Part shown: in pieces, positions 60,381-64,000 of the stretch | Numbering within the stretch: the stretch's first letter is position 1 | Layout of the letters: the number at the start of each line of letters is the position of its first letter | Source of the DNA: Macrostomum lignano | Lineage: Eukaryota | DNA: 64,000 nt | Direction of reading: 5' to 3' | NCBI GenBank assembly: GCA_002269645.1 | Contig: NIVC01000497.1 | Location: forward strand, 1-64,000 | The notes under the pieces: generated by a model | The model's database searches: none | Seen by the model: only the letters and a program-made list of their open reading frames with translations | Told to the model about the DNA's origin: nothing | Made by a program: the position numbers and the translations under genes

Positions 60381-60999
60381 GTTTTCTTAGAGATGTAGAT
60401 TTTCATCATACTAAATCTCTCAGAATCATTCTGTTTCTCTCCTGGAGTCTCATGATCCCTCACCCTTCAATAGTTCTATCTCATGCCTTTCTACATATAA
60501 CTCTATATTGTCTGGTCTAAATACCTTACTGTCATGGCACGCGTCTTTGGCACCAAGTGCATGCACTGAATGATAAATGCTACACTTTGCACAAGCTCGC
60601 AGCTTAAAAGAAGACAGATTGCTGCCACTCCTTCAAGCAGAGAAGCGAAAGAAACGCAAGAGAATTGCAGATAAGAAATTACTAATAATAAAAATTGGAT
60701 TGATTCGCACTTGAGCAGCCTGTGGATTCCTGGAATTCGCTCGCAACTGGACTTATTCGATTTTGCAGATGGAGCTGAGAACTCCTGAGAACTCTGACTC
60801 ATCGATTTCCCCTCGTTGCGTTTTATCAAGGACGCTTGACAGTCCAGTTCGCCAAGATGTGCCACGAATTAAAAAAACAGTTTCTGAAAAAACTCAAATT
60901 GATCTTGCAGTTCCTATATTTTTCTTTACAATATACTCAAGAACAGTTTACTAGACAATATACATATCTGATATTATCTATGTGGGCCTGACATGAAAT

Positions 61000-61870
61000 G
61001 ACGCATTCCTGACACAAATAAGGCAACAACTGACATGAGATCTGACACTCCTGACACAAATTAGGCAACAACTGACATGAGATCTGACACTCCTGACACA
61101 AAGAAGGCAACAACTGACATGAGATCTGACACTCCTGACACAAATTAGGCAACAACTGACATGAGATCTGACACTCCTGACACAAAGAAGGCAACAACTG
61201 ACATGAGATCTGACACTCCTGACACAAAGAAGGCAACAACTGACATGAGATCTGACACTCCTGACACAAAGAAGGCAACAACTGACATGAGATCTGACAC
61301 TCCTGACACAAATTAGGCAACAACTGACATGAGATCTGACACTCCTGACACAAAGAAGGCAACAACTGACATGAGATCTGACACTCCTGACACAAAGAAG
61401 GCAACAACTGACATGAGATCTGACACTCCTGACACAAATTAGGCAACAACTGACATGAGATCTGACACTCCTGACACAAAGAAGGCAACAACTGACATGA
61501 GATCTGACACTCCTGACACAAAGAAGGCAACAACTGACATGAGATCTGACACTCCTGACACAAATAAGGCAACAACTGACATGAGATCTGACACTCCTGA
61601 CACAAAGAAGGCAACAACTGACATGAGATCTGACACTCCTGACACAAAGAAGGCAACAACTGACATGAGATCTGACACTCCTGACACAAAGAAGGCAACA
61701 ACTGACATGAGATCTGACACTCCTGACACAAAGAAGGCAACAACTGACATGAGATCTGACACTCCTGACACAAAGAAGGCAACAACTGACATGAAATCTG
61801 ACACCCCTTACACAAAGAAGGCAACAACTGACATGAGATCTGACACTCCTGACACAAAGAAGGCAACAAC
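61000..61870. repeat. 42-bp minisatellite (GACATGAGATCTGACACTCCTGACACAAAGAAGGCAACAACT)n
   Basis: About 20 copies. Confidence 0.97.
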
Positions 61871-62412
61871 CGACTCCATAAAAATGAAAGCATTTTGCTT
61901 TTTCAACTCGCAGCTCCTGTAGGCTCTTTCGCTTCCTCTTTCTTCTTTCATCCGCCTCCCTCAGCAATTGATTAACGGCAAACTTGGATCAAATTCAAAG
62001 ACTTCCCCAAGCAGCTCTGAGCTGCCGAAGACTTAATTCAAATTCACCGCTTCCAGCTGGGAAAGATGGAGGAAAGTTTACGATGAACCAGGCGTGGCCC
62101 AGCTAGCTGCTAAAAAGCCATTGCAATAGGGAAGCCGCCAGTCAGGGAAGGGGTTAGCTAGTGCAGTAAGACGGGCCACTGCAACGCTATAAGGGATATA
62201 CCCCCCCCCCTGATTAAATCTCCCATTCTATCCCTTATCGTTGATATCTCCAATTTTTACAGATCTCTTCTTTTAGACTAGAAAAAGCGAAGCGAAAAAA
62301 TACGTAAGCGCTAATGCACAGTCAGTTGGAGTAGAAGGACGTTAAACCGAATTTTCTTAGAACCTTGCTTAAGGTTGCTAAGGCACATATATTCTTAGTG
62401 AATTTGGTGTTG

Positions 62413-62675
<263 letters not shown>

Positions 62676-63751
62676 TAGAGTATGTTATATTCCCTAACGC
62701 TAGTCTAGCTATATCCTTTAAAGCTACACTTTGCGCTGCTCTTCATAGACCAACCAGCTCCTGTAGCGAACTCTGCCATCATGGGGTTTCAGTGCCGCTT
62801 ATTGCAGCTTCCTTTTTCCCACGGGTGGGGCGGAGCATCATGAAAACATGGAGAATACGTGGGAAAAATAAGTTCCTAGGTAAGAAACAAAGAAGAGTTA
62901 AGTTATGGCCCTCCGTCAAGTCTAGAGTCGGCTGTAATTATTCGGGGTTCTCATTTCGAGTAATAAGGGCTGCTGCAGTTGCTAGTGGTGCGAGCGTAAC
63001 ACTACTAGCTGGGTTAGTGACCATGCAGTTGTTCGATGAGTGAGTCACAAAAATTATAACCTGCGGGCTTCCAAGCACCTGAGGCCTTTGTTACTGGTTA
63101 GTGATCTATATAGCTTATACAGTGTATAACTGATATAACACGTATCATTCAGAATAGGCTGTGTGAATAGGCACAAACGAGCTTACACCTCATAAAATGC
63201 AGCAATTATGCTTTTATTCAAATATGCTTTTTCAGCTTTCAATTGTCACCAAGATTACAAAATTCGGTTTACACGCAGTTAAACCAAGCAGGGGCGCATG
63301 CTGGAGTTTTTATTGGAGGAGCCGCTACCTTAGGGAGCGAAATATTTGGTGTTGTAGTGGGTGCCCCTGTCTCATGGTGGGCGCCCCTGTCTCTTGTTGG
63401 GCGCCTCTTGATGGGCGCCTCTGCCTCTTTATGGGCGCCCCTGTCTCTTGGTGGGCGCCACTGTCTAATGCTTGGCGTCCCTTCTCCAGTCTCCAGGCCA
63501 GTGGACGTCACGCCCAAGAGGTGGCAAAAGTGGAGCTCCCGTCCTCCGTCCATTTAGATTTTAGAGGAGCGCAACTTTTGTGAAGCGATTAGGGGGCCTC
63601 CTTGGCTTTCAAAACTGAAGTTAGCTCGTATGACAAGTTTAGTAAAAGGTGACACGTAGACTTGCCTACAATTAGTGTGCAAATTGAAGAACTGCAGTCA
63701 GCCTCACAGTTATTAGCCTGAAGTGCTGCCACTCCAAGTTCCATGCTTTAG

Positions 63752-64000
63752 GCCTTTTTGGACGAGGCCACGGCAAGGGAACCTGTGGCGGTTGGAGGAG
63801 AAGAGGCGATAGCGGGCGAAGTTCGGAATCAAGATTTTTTCCACATCAAGAAGGCCACTGCAGCCAGGTGTAAGGAAATCCGCCCTAATAAGAAGGAAAT
63901 ACGAGCGGATAAATTTGATTGGGGCCGTGCCTGCAGCGGTGATTCACCCAGTCCATTACTGCTGCAGTGTGTAGGCCGCCGCATGCTAAGCCTGGGAAAG
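63752..64000 (+). CDS. Possible coding exon running off the window, unknown product
   Basis: TTTAG acceptor followed by 83 stop-free codons (AFLDEATAREPVAVGGEE...); no recognised motif. Confidence 0.3.

Overview
Eukaryotic, intron- and minisatellite-rich animal DNA, probably a flatworm (Macrostomum-like; inference from composition and repeat landscape). Protein-coding genes: on the minus strand an EHD/dynamin-like P-loop GTPase (1-2103) and the 3' half of a SETD4-like methyltransferase (2789-3916), both with many 1-nt frameshifts; TMEM17 (10766-11479); DGK-epsilon (13939-19515); a Pro-rich uncharacterised protein (20936-23211); and adenosine deaminase (52511-54738). On the plus strand: a 13-exon DEG/ENaC channel (31598-44492) and a secreted lectin-like protein (46581-48825). 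The main hidden system, absent from the ORF track, is at 4.3-9.1 kb on the minus strand: 13 box C/D snoRNA-like genes in 12 short GT-AG introns of an apparently non-coding micro-exon host transcript. Six carry an invariant guide for 18S Am99/Am100, six a guide for 28S Cm (yeast C2948) and one a guide for 18S Um (yeast U578). Other items: nested TIR elements with clean TSDs, an internally deleted LINE with both ends, a decayed mariner and a decayed maT-like element, SINEs, a CpG-free block, inverted repeat arrays bracketing an ADA exon, and more than 20 tandem arrays. All alignments, coordinates and family assignments were made by eye and from memory, not from database searches.
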